A stretch of 38,787 bases of DNA from Octopus bimaculoides (Eukaryota): positions 144,181,818 to 144,220,604 of the forward strand of contig NC_068981.1 in NCBI RefSeq assembly GCF_001194135.2, written 5' to 3'. The notes below the pieces were generated by a model. It saw nothing but the letters and a program-made list of their open reading frames with translations, did not search any database and had not been told where the DNA came from. Shown one piece after another: positions 25,001-33,732 of this stretch. Positions within the stretch are counted from its first letter, which is position 1. Every line of letters begins with the position of its first letter. The position numbers and the translations under genes were made by a program.

Positions 25001-26850
25001 CCATAGAATTTGAACTCAGAGTAGAGATAACCGGAACAAATATTGGAGTCTGCTTTCCATTTTCCCTCTGACTAACTAAAGTAGGCAGAGTTATGTACCT
25101 TGTGATACAATGTCATCACTAGCTTTGTATCCTTCTGTTACAGCATTATTGATTTGGTGTAATTCATAAATAAACAGTATTCCATGAAGGCGCTGAAGAA
25201 AATAAATGAAATATTAAGCTGGAACACCTAAGGTGGTGGTTGTTGTTGTTGTTGTTGTTGTCGTCATCGTGTAGTATTTGTTGTTTTTTATCAGTTCAGC
25301 TGTAATCCAATAAATATGTGATTTAAAGTATTCCAGCCACCATCATTCATCTTTGAAGTACTAGATATGCACTGGAGTCAATTCTTCTGTCTGTCTGTCT
25401 GGCTGTTTGCCCCCCCTCCCCACCTCTCTCTGAATTGGCTACACTACACTGTGAGGAAGACCTTGAAACCCACTTAAAGCATCCCTCTCCAATGCATCCT
25501 TCCTTTTTTTAAGTGAATAGAGTGTGATTTGAGAAAAATTTTGTTACTGATATTTCTAGCAGATTGAGTGACCATTTAGAGGCTTTCTCATTGGCTTCTA
25601 CTCCTGTATGATGTCACTAGAAATGGTAACAATGCTGTTAAGGGTCATAACACTGTTGTTGTTGTTCGACCCCAGATCAGCTTTAATTGAACAAAACATT
25701 CCAGCCATGGTTGTCCACCCTGTATATCGGCCATGCATACTGAAGCAACAGTGTGATGTTCTTTAGCGAACTGGCAGAATCATTAGAGCATGGGAAAAAT
25801 ATCTTGCAGTATTTGTTTCATCTCTCTGCATTCCGAGTTCAAATACTACCAAAGTCAATTTACATCTTTCTTGAAATTATCTCCCCTTTTCTATATGTGT
25901 CTGGTAATAAGTACTATTAGACTGATTTTTTTCTCCAGTCAAGAAGGAAATACCAGTTAAATAAAAAGGCACTCTTTATACCCAACTTAATATGGATGTT
26001 GTGTTAGAACACTGAATACTGCATTATTTACCTCGAGAGGTCTTCTCGTATGGACACATGGTAAATAAAAGCATTCATATCATTGACAGAAGAGAATCAT
26101 GTCACTATTAATTATCAGTTAACCATTTAGCATTCAAATTGCTCTGTTAAATGTAATACATATTCATTCACATCGGGTTGAATTAATCATGCATTATCTT
26201 GAAGCTTTGAGATTTCAGCAATGCAATTGCTTATCTTTTGAATGACATGGTTAGGTATAGGTGGGAGACCAGATTTGGCCAATTTGAACATAAAACAAGT
26301 AGAAAATTTGGGGCTGGATATGGCTGGTTTAACCCTTTAGATACCAACCCACCAAAAACCACCTCTGGCTTTGTAATACAAATGTCTTGTTTTCAAAAGT
26401 TCTGAATTGAAATCTTGCACCAAACCTTAGTCACCAATTTATGTTCCTAATACTAGCTTCATGATAACTAAATTATTTCACTAAATTCTTTGTTATATTT
26501 AAAATTAACTGAAACATAGAGCATCTCACCAGAAATATGGTAACAAAAGGAAGGGTTAAATGCTAAAGGGTGAAGTAATTTTTTTTTCATATGCACTGAC
26601 ATGACTGTGTGGTTAAGAAGTTTGCTTCCTAACAACATGTTTTCAGGTTCAGTTCCACTGTATGGCATCTTGGCCAAGTATCTGATTTGCACTATAACTT
26701 TGGGTTGACTAAGGCCTTGTGAGTGGATTTGGTACACAGAAATTGAAAGAAGCCCTGCCAAATCAGATTGGAGTCTGGTGTAGCCATCTGGTTCACCAGT
26801 CCTCAGTCAAATCGTCCAACCCATGCTAGCATGGAAAGCAGAGGTTAAAC

Positions 26851-26887
<37 letters not shown>

Positions 26888-27859
26888 TATGTATGTATGT
26901 CTCTATGTGTCTTTGTATCTGTCACCACACCGCTTTGACAACAAGTGTTGGTTTGTTCACATCTGCATAACATGGCTGTTCAGCAAAAGAGACTGACAGA
27001 ATAAATGCCAGACTGTAAAACCATACGTACTGGGGTTGCATTCTTTGACTAAATCCTTTAAGCTCATACCCCAGCATGACCACAGTCCAACAACTGAGAC
27101 AAGCAAAAGATTAAAGTAAAAGATATAACATTCAGTATTTTACCCTACCTGAAAATCCACTCTAAAATTTTGTCTTATTGTATTAATTTAATTAAACTAT
27201 AATTAGTCTGGCTGCTTCCCTCTTGTATATATGACATTGTAATTTTTCTGTTTCTATTGTAATTATTGTATCTATTGTATTGTATTAATGGTATTTCTGC
27301 TGTTCAATAATAATTTTAGTAATAGAAATTGCTACCGTAACATGCAATTATTGAAATCCATTTGAATGTAAACAATTATGATATTACAAAGCATAATGTA
27401 TTTTTCCTTCTGTAGTTATCATCATGTTTTACATGTGTATTCTATGTTTTCCATATATTTCATGTCTACATAGTTAAGAGGTTTGCTTCATGAATCACAC
27501 GGTCCAGGGTTGGATTCAATTTCTTGGCGTCTTGGGCCAGTATTCTCTGCCATAACCTTGGGTTTAGCAATGCTTTGTGTGTGGAGTTTGTTAGATGGGA
27601 ATTGTGCAGAAACACATTGTGTGTGTGTGTGTGTGTGTGTGTGTACACACTTTATGGACTGTATTGGGTGCTGAACTTGTGAGGTCAGCAAGTGACTTAC
27701 AAGATAAGACCCCTCAGTTGAGTGGGTGTGTATTATTGAAGAAAGTGGCTTTAAACTAGTTGAAGAGATGTTAAAAAGTATGATAGAGAGACAGGAACTG
27801 AGGGGATACATGGGTACCCCAGTTGGAGCAGAGAGAGGAGATGAGAGAGAGAGAGTAAA

Positions 27860-27923
<64 letters not shown>

Positions 27924-28768
27924 GGAGATAGTGGGAGAGGGAGAGAGAAGATTGTTGTGAAGAGGTGTCAGGACAGACCCTGAAGTTACAGGGCTGTGAA
28001 TTATAAGCAAAGTGGTACTGGTGGTTGGATAGGGTAGTGGGCAGGTAATTTTGCAAGTGTGTGAAAGGAGAGTGGAAGATGGTGGGGTGGATATGGTGAG
28101 TGGTGAGCATGGATGGAGGGAGGGATTGTTAGGATGATGCATTGCAGGGGTGGGGTGGGGTTTAGATAAATCGGTGCCCTCAAAGGGAATCATTTATAAT
28201 AAATGTTCTGCCCATGCTACCCCATCAATCCCCTGTTATCCTTGCCATTATAAAGGTTGTAAACCAGTAATTTTTTTGTTGAAACCTCCAACCATGCATG
28301 CTATTGCTCATATGATGTTAAATAAAATAGTATTAATATTGCTGTATTTCATCTGTTTTTATGTTCTGAGTTCAAATCCACCGAGGTTGACTTTGCCTTT
28401 CGTTCTTTCGGGAACAGTAAAATAAGTGTCAGCTGAGTCCTTGCATCAATGTAACTGACTCACTCATTGCCCTGAAATTGCTGGTCTTGTGCCAAAATTT
28501 GAAGTCAATATTAATACAAAGAAAAAACATGTTTATATACTCTTTTACTCTTTTACTTGTTTCAGTCATTTGACTGCGGCCATGCTGGAGCACCGCCTTA
28601 ATAGCCGAGCAAATTGACCCCGGAGTTTATTTTTTGTAAGCCTAGTACTTATTCTGCCGGTCTCTTTTGCCGAATCTCTAAGTTACAGGGACGTAAACAC
28701 ACCAGCATCGGTTGTCATGCGATGCTGGGGGGACAAAGAGATACACAAACATATACACACACATACAT

Positions 28769-28802
<34 letters not shown>

Positions 28803-31800
28803 AGTTCAAAAAGGAAAAAGACAATACGACAGGCTTTTTCCAGTTTCCATCTACCAAATCCACTCACACGGCTTTGGTTGGCCCAAGGCTATAGTAGAAG
28901 ACACTTGCCCAAGGTACCACGCAGTGGGACTGAACCCGGGACCATGTGGTTGGTAAGCTAGCTACTTACCACACAGCCATTCCTGCGCCTATATATATAT
29001 ATGTATTTTTTTTTCTCTCTCCAACAGAAACTGAAAACTTTAATTCTTGGTTCACCAAATTCCCAGTTTAGTCAAGAATGGGCAAAGCAAAACTTAGAAT
29101 TCTGTTCACTACCAAAGTTACAATATGGTATAGTCCAGAAAAAGGTATAGTCAAATTATTTTGTAAATACGAGAAACTTCTGCTCAGAGTATTTCAACTT
29201 ATTTGTAGATATCTATGGTTATTTAGACTTTGTAAACATCTAGAAATATATTAAAAAAAAAAAAAAAAAAATAAAAAAAAGAATAAATGAAATGGCATTA
29301 GGAAGGGCATCGAACCATAGAAACTATGCCACAACAGACAGTTGGAGTCCGGACAGGTCCCTGCTAATCAGTTCTTTGTCAAACTGTCCAACCCATGCCA
29401 GCATGGAGACCAGACATTAAATGATGGTGACGATAATGATGATGATGATGATGTTGATGATGCTTTCTTTAAATAAGTTTGGTGTTGGGTTCCTACAAGG
29501 AATGTTGAGGAGATTGTTGCATAAACCAAGACCAATCCTAATTAGCTATGGCCATGTTATAGCTTCTATTTTTTAAATGGTAACCAAGTGATTTGTGCGA
29601 GATTTGACTGCTATTTCTAACGTATCATACAGTCGTATCAATTCTCCCTTGATGAAGAGATCATATGTAGGTTTATTGAATAAATTATTGTATCTAGGGT
29701 TTCTGTAGGAACTGTATGTACACTTTTTTATTCTTTTATTTGTTTCAGTCATTTGAGTGCGGTCATGCTGGAGCACTGCCTTTAGTTGAATAAATCGACC
29801 CCAGGACTTATTCTTTGTAAGCCTAGTACTTATTCTATTGGTCTCTTGTACCGAACCGTTAAGTCACAAGGACGTAAACACACCAACATCAGTGTCAAGC
29901 GATGGTGGGGAGACAAACACAGGCATGCAGCTACATATATATATATAGATATATATATATATATATACGATGGGCTTCTTTCAGTTTCCGTCTACCAAAT
30001 CCACTCACAAGGCTTTGGTCGGCCTGAGGCTATAGTAGAAGACACTTGCCCAAGGTGCCATGCAGTGGAACTGAACCCAGAACCATGTGGTTGAGAAGCA
30101 AGCTTCTTACCACACAGCCACTCTTGCGCCTATGTTCATGTTTTTCTATTCTTATCTAAATATGTTAAAAGAATCTTATCTAGCTATTTTGAAGGGCTCT
30201 TATCTAGCTAGGTTAATAGGGTCTTATCTATGTTTGCTGAATATGCTGTATCTAAGAATTCCGTAAGGGCTGTATGCTTGCTCATGGGTTTTATCTAAAT
30301 ATGTTAAAAGGGTCTTATCTGGATATATTACTGGGGTCTTAACCAGTTGTATTGAAGAGGTTATTATGTCATGATATACCAATGGATCATATCTAAGTAC
30401 AGCTTATGGGTCATATCTCAGTCTTCCAAGGAGTTCATATCTAGCTAACCTGTCAGAGGATGGTGGTGGAATAATATTCAGACTTGTAAGTTACTGTATC
30501 TAAGCATACTGATAGGTTCATGTCTGGGTATCCTGAACAGGTAATGTTCAAGTGAGTCGATAAGTTGGAACTCCATCAATTCTATGAGTGGCTGCATGGC
30601 AGGAAGTTTGCTTCCCATCGGTTCTGGGTTTAGTCCCATTGTGTGGCGCTTTGGGAAAGGCGTCTTCTAACTAAAGCTTTTTGAGTCGATTTGCTAGATG
30701 GAGGCTGAAAGCAGCCCATTATGTGTGTGTGTGTGTGTGTGTGTGCGCGCGCATGTGTGTGTGTGCATGTGTGTGTGTGTTTGTCCCCCACCACTTGGCA
30801 GCCAGTGTCGGTGTGTTTACGTTCCTGTAACTTAGCAGTTCTGCAAAAGAAGACTGGTAGAATAAGTAGTAGGCTCAAGAAAAAGATTAGTACTGGGGTT
30901 TATTCATTTGACTAAATGATTTTCCGAGGTGATGCCCTGGCATGGCTGCAGTCTAATGACTGAAACAAGTAAAAGATAAAGAATAACTACTCCTAGCAGC
31001 ACATGTTGTCTACCTTTGGCTCATTGGGAACTGGGAGGNNNNNNNNNNNNNNNNNNNNNNNNNNNNNNNNNNNNNNNNNNNNNNNNNNNNNNNNNNNNNN
31101 NNNNNNNNNNNNNNNNNNNNNNNNNNNNNNNNNNNNNNNNNNNNNNNNNNNNNNNNNNNNNNNNNNNNNNNNNNNNNNNNNNNNNNNNNNNNNNNNNNNN
31201 NNNNNNNNNNNNNNNNNNNNNNNNNNNNNNNNNNNNNNNNNNNNNNNNNNNNNNNNNNNNNNNNNNNNNNNNNNNNNNNNNNNNNNNNNNNNNNNNNNNN
31301 NNNACATCACCTCACAACCAAAACTCACAGCTCAAAGTCTCCTGAATGACTCACAGTCACTCATAGCTGTACTGCAGCAGTTCAAGCAGAGGACGTGGCC
31401 TAAAGTATATGGAGAAAATCACCCAAATTCTTCAGACAAGATGGCTTTTACCCAGCCATTTTACCCAGATGGCTTTTACCCAGGAATTTTAAAACTCCTG
31501 CAAAACCATCATCTGGGTTGTAAAGATGACTCAATCATCATCATCATCATCATTGTTTAACGTCTGCTTTCCATGCTAGCATGGGTTGGACGATTTGACT
31601 GAGGACTGGTGAACCAGATGGCTACACCAGGCTCCAATCTGATTTGGCAGAGTTTCTACAGCTGGATGCCCTTCCTAATGCCAACCACACCGAGAGTGTA
31701 GTGACACATTTCACAACCTCACTCAATTCCCAAACTGTAGCTGGTACTTTTGATCCCTCACCAAAAAATGGTTTACTAATTTTTGGAATTCTCCTTTCTT

Positions 31801-33732
31801 CCTCTTGCCAGCCATGGTTCTGTGAAATGTAGTTCCATAGACAAGGCCTCCAAATTTGTTGCCCACTTTGCATCCTGCTCCATAAAGCACACACAGTAAA
31901 TCTTCAAATTTATCTCTTTTCACTCTACCAGCTCACTGCATTACACATATACATGCTTAGTGTGAAAGCATTTCTGATGATTTCAAAACAATGTCACCCC
32001 TAGCTAGGCCCTATCCACACCAAACTCTTTAACCTTTGGTATTTAAACCAGCCATTCCTGGCCAAAATATTCTACTTGTTTTATATTGAAACTTGCCAGA
32101 ATTAGTCTCTCACACCAACCCTACAGTATCATTCTAAAAATTAACAGTTACCTCATCAAAATCTCAATGCTACAAAATAATGCATGATTAACTCAAAACA
32201 ATGTAAATCATCATCATCATCATCGTCGTTTAACGTCCGCTTTCCATGCTAGCATGGGTTGGACGATTTGACTGAGGACTGGTGGACCAGGTGGCTACAC
32301 CAGGCTCCAATCTGATCTGGCAGAGTTTCTACAGCTGGATGCCCTTCCTAATGCCAACCACTTCGAGAGTGTAGTGGGTGCTTTTACGTCCCACCGGCAC
32401 GAAGGCCAGTCAGGCGGTACTGGCAACGGCTACGCTCCAAATGGTGTATTTTATGTGCCACCTGCATTACTTTTCTCAAAATAATGTGACTGCTAAAGGG
32501 CTAATCTTTTTTCTCTACAGCAATAAATCTTGTTGCTTATAAACATGCTATGTTGTGTCCTGTCCTCAAGAAAGTCAGCACCTCTGACTCTGTCTCACCC
32601 TATCACACTCACTTCTGATATTTCAACAATGTTGTTGTTGTTGTTGTTGGCACTCCATCGCTTACGATGTTGAGGGTTCCAGTTGATCCGATCAACAGAA
32701 CAGCCTGCTCGTGAAATTAACGTGCAAGTGGCTGAGCACTCCACAGACACATGTACCCTTAACATAGTTCTCGGAGATATACAGTGTGACAAGGCTGGCC
32801 CTTTGAAATACAAGCACAACAGAAACAGGAAGAAAGAGTGAGAGAAAGTTGTGGTGAAAGAGTACAGCAGAGTTCGCCACCATCCCCTGCTGGAGCCTCA
32901 TAGAGCTTTAGGTGTTTTCGCTCAATAAACACTCACAACGCCCGGTCTGGGAACCGAAACTGCGATTCTATGACCGCGAGTTCACTGCACTAACCACTGG
33001 GCCATTGCGCCTCCTTTCAACAATGACGATAGGCTTAAATGACAACCTTTTCCATCACCTTGAATCTTTCTCCTTCTTTAAATGATCACCACTATGACAT
33101 TAGCAAAGTTAGATTTACTGGAGATCTACTCTCCTGTGTCACATGCCAGTGGACTCTCGCCCTGAAGAGAGCTTTTGTGAAAACAGTATCATTGTCTTTA
33201 ACATCAGCTAAGCTTCCAACCACAACTGCCATGCAAATCTTCTCTCAAAACTGCTCCCCTATGAACTTCATCTAGTTCATAGGGGAGCATCGTCACTGGT
33301 CATCCTCACTGGTCTCAAGAGTACTTTACACAGGCCATGACACAGGTCCTTCTGCCAGACCGAACACATGAAAATATACATACATGCATACATGCATACA
33401 TACACACAAACGCAGACACAATGGAAATATATACATGCACCAGGAGTGACTTTATGTAAGTGCATAGGTGTAACTATATCTGCACATTCAGGTATGAAGT
33501 GATGGTGATTAAATATCCATGTTGAAATTTATCTATATATTTTAGGTGAGACTGTCCAGATACCCACATGTGACTACAAACACACATACACACACACACA
33601 TATAAATCCTAATTTAATGTTTCTTGTTCTGTTACTATATCAGGGTGGACCATGTGGTGTTTTGGCTGCCATTCAGGCTTATGTCTTATTGGAAATGTTG
33701 TTTGGTGAAGACAAAGTAAATACTGACTCAAG
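7981..33732 (+). CDS. MINDY4: Partial multi-exon gene: MINDY4 / FAM188B-like deubiquitinase (7 exons visible; start and C-terminus not found)
   Basis: Seven GT-AG exons with phases 0-0, 0-1, 1-0, 0-2, 2-0, 0-0, 0-2 join into 1103 nt without a stop. The N-terminal part (GLKATLHSMDVEMPRTESSINNRVALMKQLHIEKLMKKNK ADNNPLRSMVEVVTKFVLEQ) parallels the MINDY4 N-terminus as I recall it ([47 protein letters not shown]). KPIDL, EW, YGIVQKK and GGPCGVLAAIQ match the MINDY catalytic domain. Confidence 0.93.
8415..8660 (+). mobile_element. tRNA-derived SINE, family G (related copy ~5155-5330)
   Basis: A-box tggcttagtggttagg, degenerate B-box ctcgattcc, then gttcttgagcaaag...ctccagtccactcagctgg shared with 5230-5290. 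Confidence 0.7.
10682..10823 (+). CDS. MINDY4: MINDY4 exon B: ADNNPLRSMVEVVTKFVLEQSDFCNTILAKSNSSPKSSQLNTASERK
   Basis: Acceptor ttttatcacag|gcg, donor aag|gtaaaa; 142 nt, phase 0-1; NPL motif continues the conserved N-terminal region. Confidence 0.9.
11530..12295 (-). mobile_element. Old RTE-type LINE ORF2 remnant
   Basis: Minus strand encodes LIIADDMVLL (RT catalytic YADD-like motif, 12265-12276), QVEKFKYF and KMDAFDAKIWRRYLR; heavily disrupted. Confidence 0.75.
12407..12636. mobile_element. TTAA-specific (piggyBac-type) MITE, family B
   Basis: ttaa|ccctttcgttacc ... ggtatcaaaaggg|ctaa; the same sequence occurs reversed at 26333-26555; a diverged partial copy lies at ~20560-20700. Confidence 0.8.
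12825..12979 (+). CDS. MINDY4: MINDY4 exon C (low-complexity linker): EDKEERKGIMDVNKFPVKSSLIGANGDFSPKTQSEIASQVKSTNNSRKLNGH
   Basis: Acceptor tttgttttcag|aag, donor cat|gtaagt; 155 nt, phase 1-0 fits both neighbours; no homology recognised. Confidence 0.8.
14617..14773. repeat. Compound microsatellite (AGT)13 - spacer - (GCT)n - (ACT)21
   Basis: Read directly from the sequence; the two outer tracts are reverse complements. Confidence 0.95.
15132..15672 (+). mobile_element. Bipartite CORE-like SINE (family B) nested in the 3' part of a family D SINE
   Basis: tRNA-like head, ccttgggcaagtgtc core, central (TA)n/N gap/(TG)n, right module ending gactgaaacaagtaaaagag; family D sequence continues on both sides (15076-15130 and 15673-15780). 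Confidence 0.85.
15877..16208 (+). CDS. MINDY4: MINDY4 exon D (linker): GLSTRSREEAFFENFSPLPK...NAVKETVIKGR
   Basis: Acceptor tgttttgttttcaaag|ggc, donor gag|gtaagg; 332 nt, phase 0-2; long open frame in non-repetitive sequence. Confidence 0.82.
16385..16750 (-). mobile_element. Possible old Penelope-like fragment (related segment ~27940-28160)
   Basis: Weak resemblance only (CPT..L..LP.Y here; HLQ..PTT and PCN..VCP at 27940-28100); shared gtgaaaggrgartgga motif between the two regions. Confidence 0.25.
17099..18165 (+). pseudogene. Internally deleted hAT (Charlie/Buster; ZBED/SCAN3-like) transposase
   Basis: TIR-like caggggttcccaacctg at 17099. A single frame from ~17180 gives HTIGEDLI, IPLSNNTV, DDST, CTDGVPSMIG, IHCVLHRENL, CWLS and LNDLSISLQ, with in-frame stops at 17390-17392 and 18107-18109. 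The DNA-binding N-terminus and the catalytic Glu/dimerisation region are missing. Confidence 0.9.
18165..18657 (-). pseudogene. Deleted mariner transposase (N-terminal HTH to the WIPHAL linker); 5' end lost in an N gap
   Basis: FRYLLLFDFNQGSKAAKAAHDICAVYG, WYAKFKNGNFDLKDALHSGRP and KYGAWIPHAL (WVPHEL motif); similarity ends near 18241, before the DD34D domain. Confidence 0.88.
18868..20310 (-). mobile_element. 5'-truncated RTE LINE with (GAT)n tail, interrupted by a family A SINE (19124-19329)
   Basis: ORF2 C-terminal motifs LEVVCSFHYLGDQVSSKGGC, RVKGILYYACV*TAMLHRSETW, LREKLG; 3' UTR runs to a (CAT)n tract at 18868; the nested SINE has TSD aatatatt (19116-19123, 19330-19337). Confidence 0.88.
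20344..20491 (+). CDS. MINDY4: MINDY4 exon E: SSSVETLKGLSIEDVDDSEFLDFTVPSSRISQTAPMSTVRKPIDLNTAM
   Basis: Acceptor acattttcag|g, donor atg|gtaagt; 148 nt, phase 2-0; L-x-x-EDV and KPIDL resemble the segment preceding the MINDY4 catalytic domain. Confidence 0.92.
20695..21085 (-). mobile_element. Two tandem family A SINE copies
   Basis: Two successive cores (aggatgaaaggcaaagttgacc...tttgaactcag at ~20790-20830 and aagatgaaaagcgaagtcagcc...ttgaactcag at ~21020-21063). Confidence 0.8.
21401..21810 (-). mobile_element. Family B bipartite SINE with central (AC)n(AT)n
   Basis: Full head-to-tail match with 15132-15672 in reverse. Confidence 0.9.
21820..22405 (-). mobile_element. Family B SINE with expanded compound (TG)-based central repeat
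   Basis: Both modules present; centre 22030-22250 has (CATA)n and repeated gtgtgtatgtacgtgtgtgtgtg blocks. Confidence 0.85.
23800..24225 (-). mobile_element. Older family B SINE
   Basis: Diverged match to both modules. Confidence 0.75.
26119..26574. mobile_element. TTAA-specific MITE family A with a family B MITE inserted at an internal TTAA (26333-26555)
   Basis: Outer TIRs ccatttagcatt / aatgctaaaggg flanked by ttaa/tgaa; inner element flanked by perfect TTAA duplicates at 26329-26332 and 26556-26559. Confidence 0.85.
26595..27120 (+). mobile_element. Family B SINE carrying an RTE 3'-end insertion (26757-26887) in its central microsatellite
   Basis: Left module ends gaaagaagccc, then the RTE tail ending (GAT)n, then the right module. 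Confidence 0.78.
28539..28990 (-). mobile_element. Family B SINE ending ~38 nt upstream of the exon F acceptor
   Basis: Full-length match in reverse orientation. Confidence 0.9.
29028..29144 (+). CDS. MINDY4: MINDY4 exon F: KLKTLILGSPNSQFSQEWAKQNLEFCSLPKLQYGIVQKK (oxyanion Gln)
   Basis: Acceptor ttttctctctccaacag|aaa, donor aag|gtatag; 117 nt, phase 0-0; EW and YGIVQ motifs. Confidence 0.95.
29295..29462 (+). mobile_element. RTE 3' end with (GAT)n tail (other copies 3632-3750 -, 31535-31705 -, 35125-35285 -)
   Basis: ggcattaggaagggcatc...ccaacccatgccagcatgg...(gat)n matches the RTE 3' UTR at 18868-19090. Confidence 0.8.
29727..30130 (-). mobile_element. Family B SINE
   Basis: Both modules present, central (AT)n. 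Confidence 0.88.
30148..30530. repeat. Degenerate 24-nt tandem array (core ggtcttatcta)
   Basis: Core positions 30151, 30175, 30199, 30223, 30247, 30271, 30290, 30314, 30338, 30363, 30388, 30412, 30436, 30495, 30519. Confidence 0.8.
30588..30982 (+). mobile_element. Family B SINE
   Basis: Diverged head, central (TG)n, right module ending gactgaaacaagtaaaagataaag. Confidence 0.82.
32029..32504. mobile_element. TTAA MITE family A (reverse orientation) interrupted by an RTE 3' end (32208-32463)
   Basis: ttaa|cctttggtatttaaaccagcc ... tgctaaaggg|ctaa; interior matches the reverse complement of 26123-26328. Confidence 0.78.
32632..33014 (-). mobile_element. Family D SINE with 11-bp TSD
   Basis: TSD tttcaacaatg at 32621-32631 and 33015-33025; (GTT)n tail. 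Confidence 0.9.
33644..33732 (+). CDS. MINDY4: MINDY4 exon G: GGPCGVLAAIQAYVLLEMLFGEDKVNTDS (catalytic Cys codon 33653-33655)
   Basis: Acceptor ttactatatcag|ggt, donor aag|gtaata; 89 nt, phase 0-2; GGPCGVLAA active-site motif, with Cys six residues after the Gln as in MINDY proteases. Confidence 0.95.

Noticed and set aside
30148-30530. CRISPR-like repeat-spacer pattern
   Set aside because: The conserved core is only ~11 nt, and the variable parts are ~12 nt and related to one another, so it is a decayed tandem repeat.
33155-33195. ctgaaga...gaaac second hammerhead candidate
   Set aside because: No credible stem I or stem II pairing.
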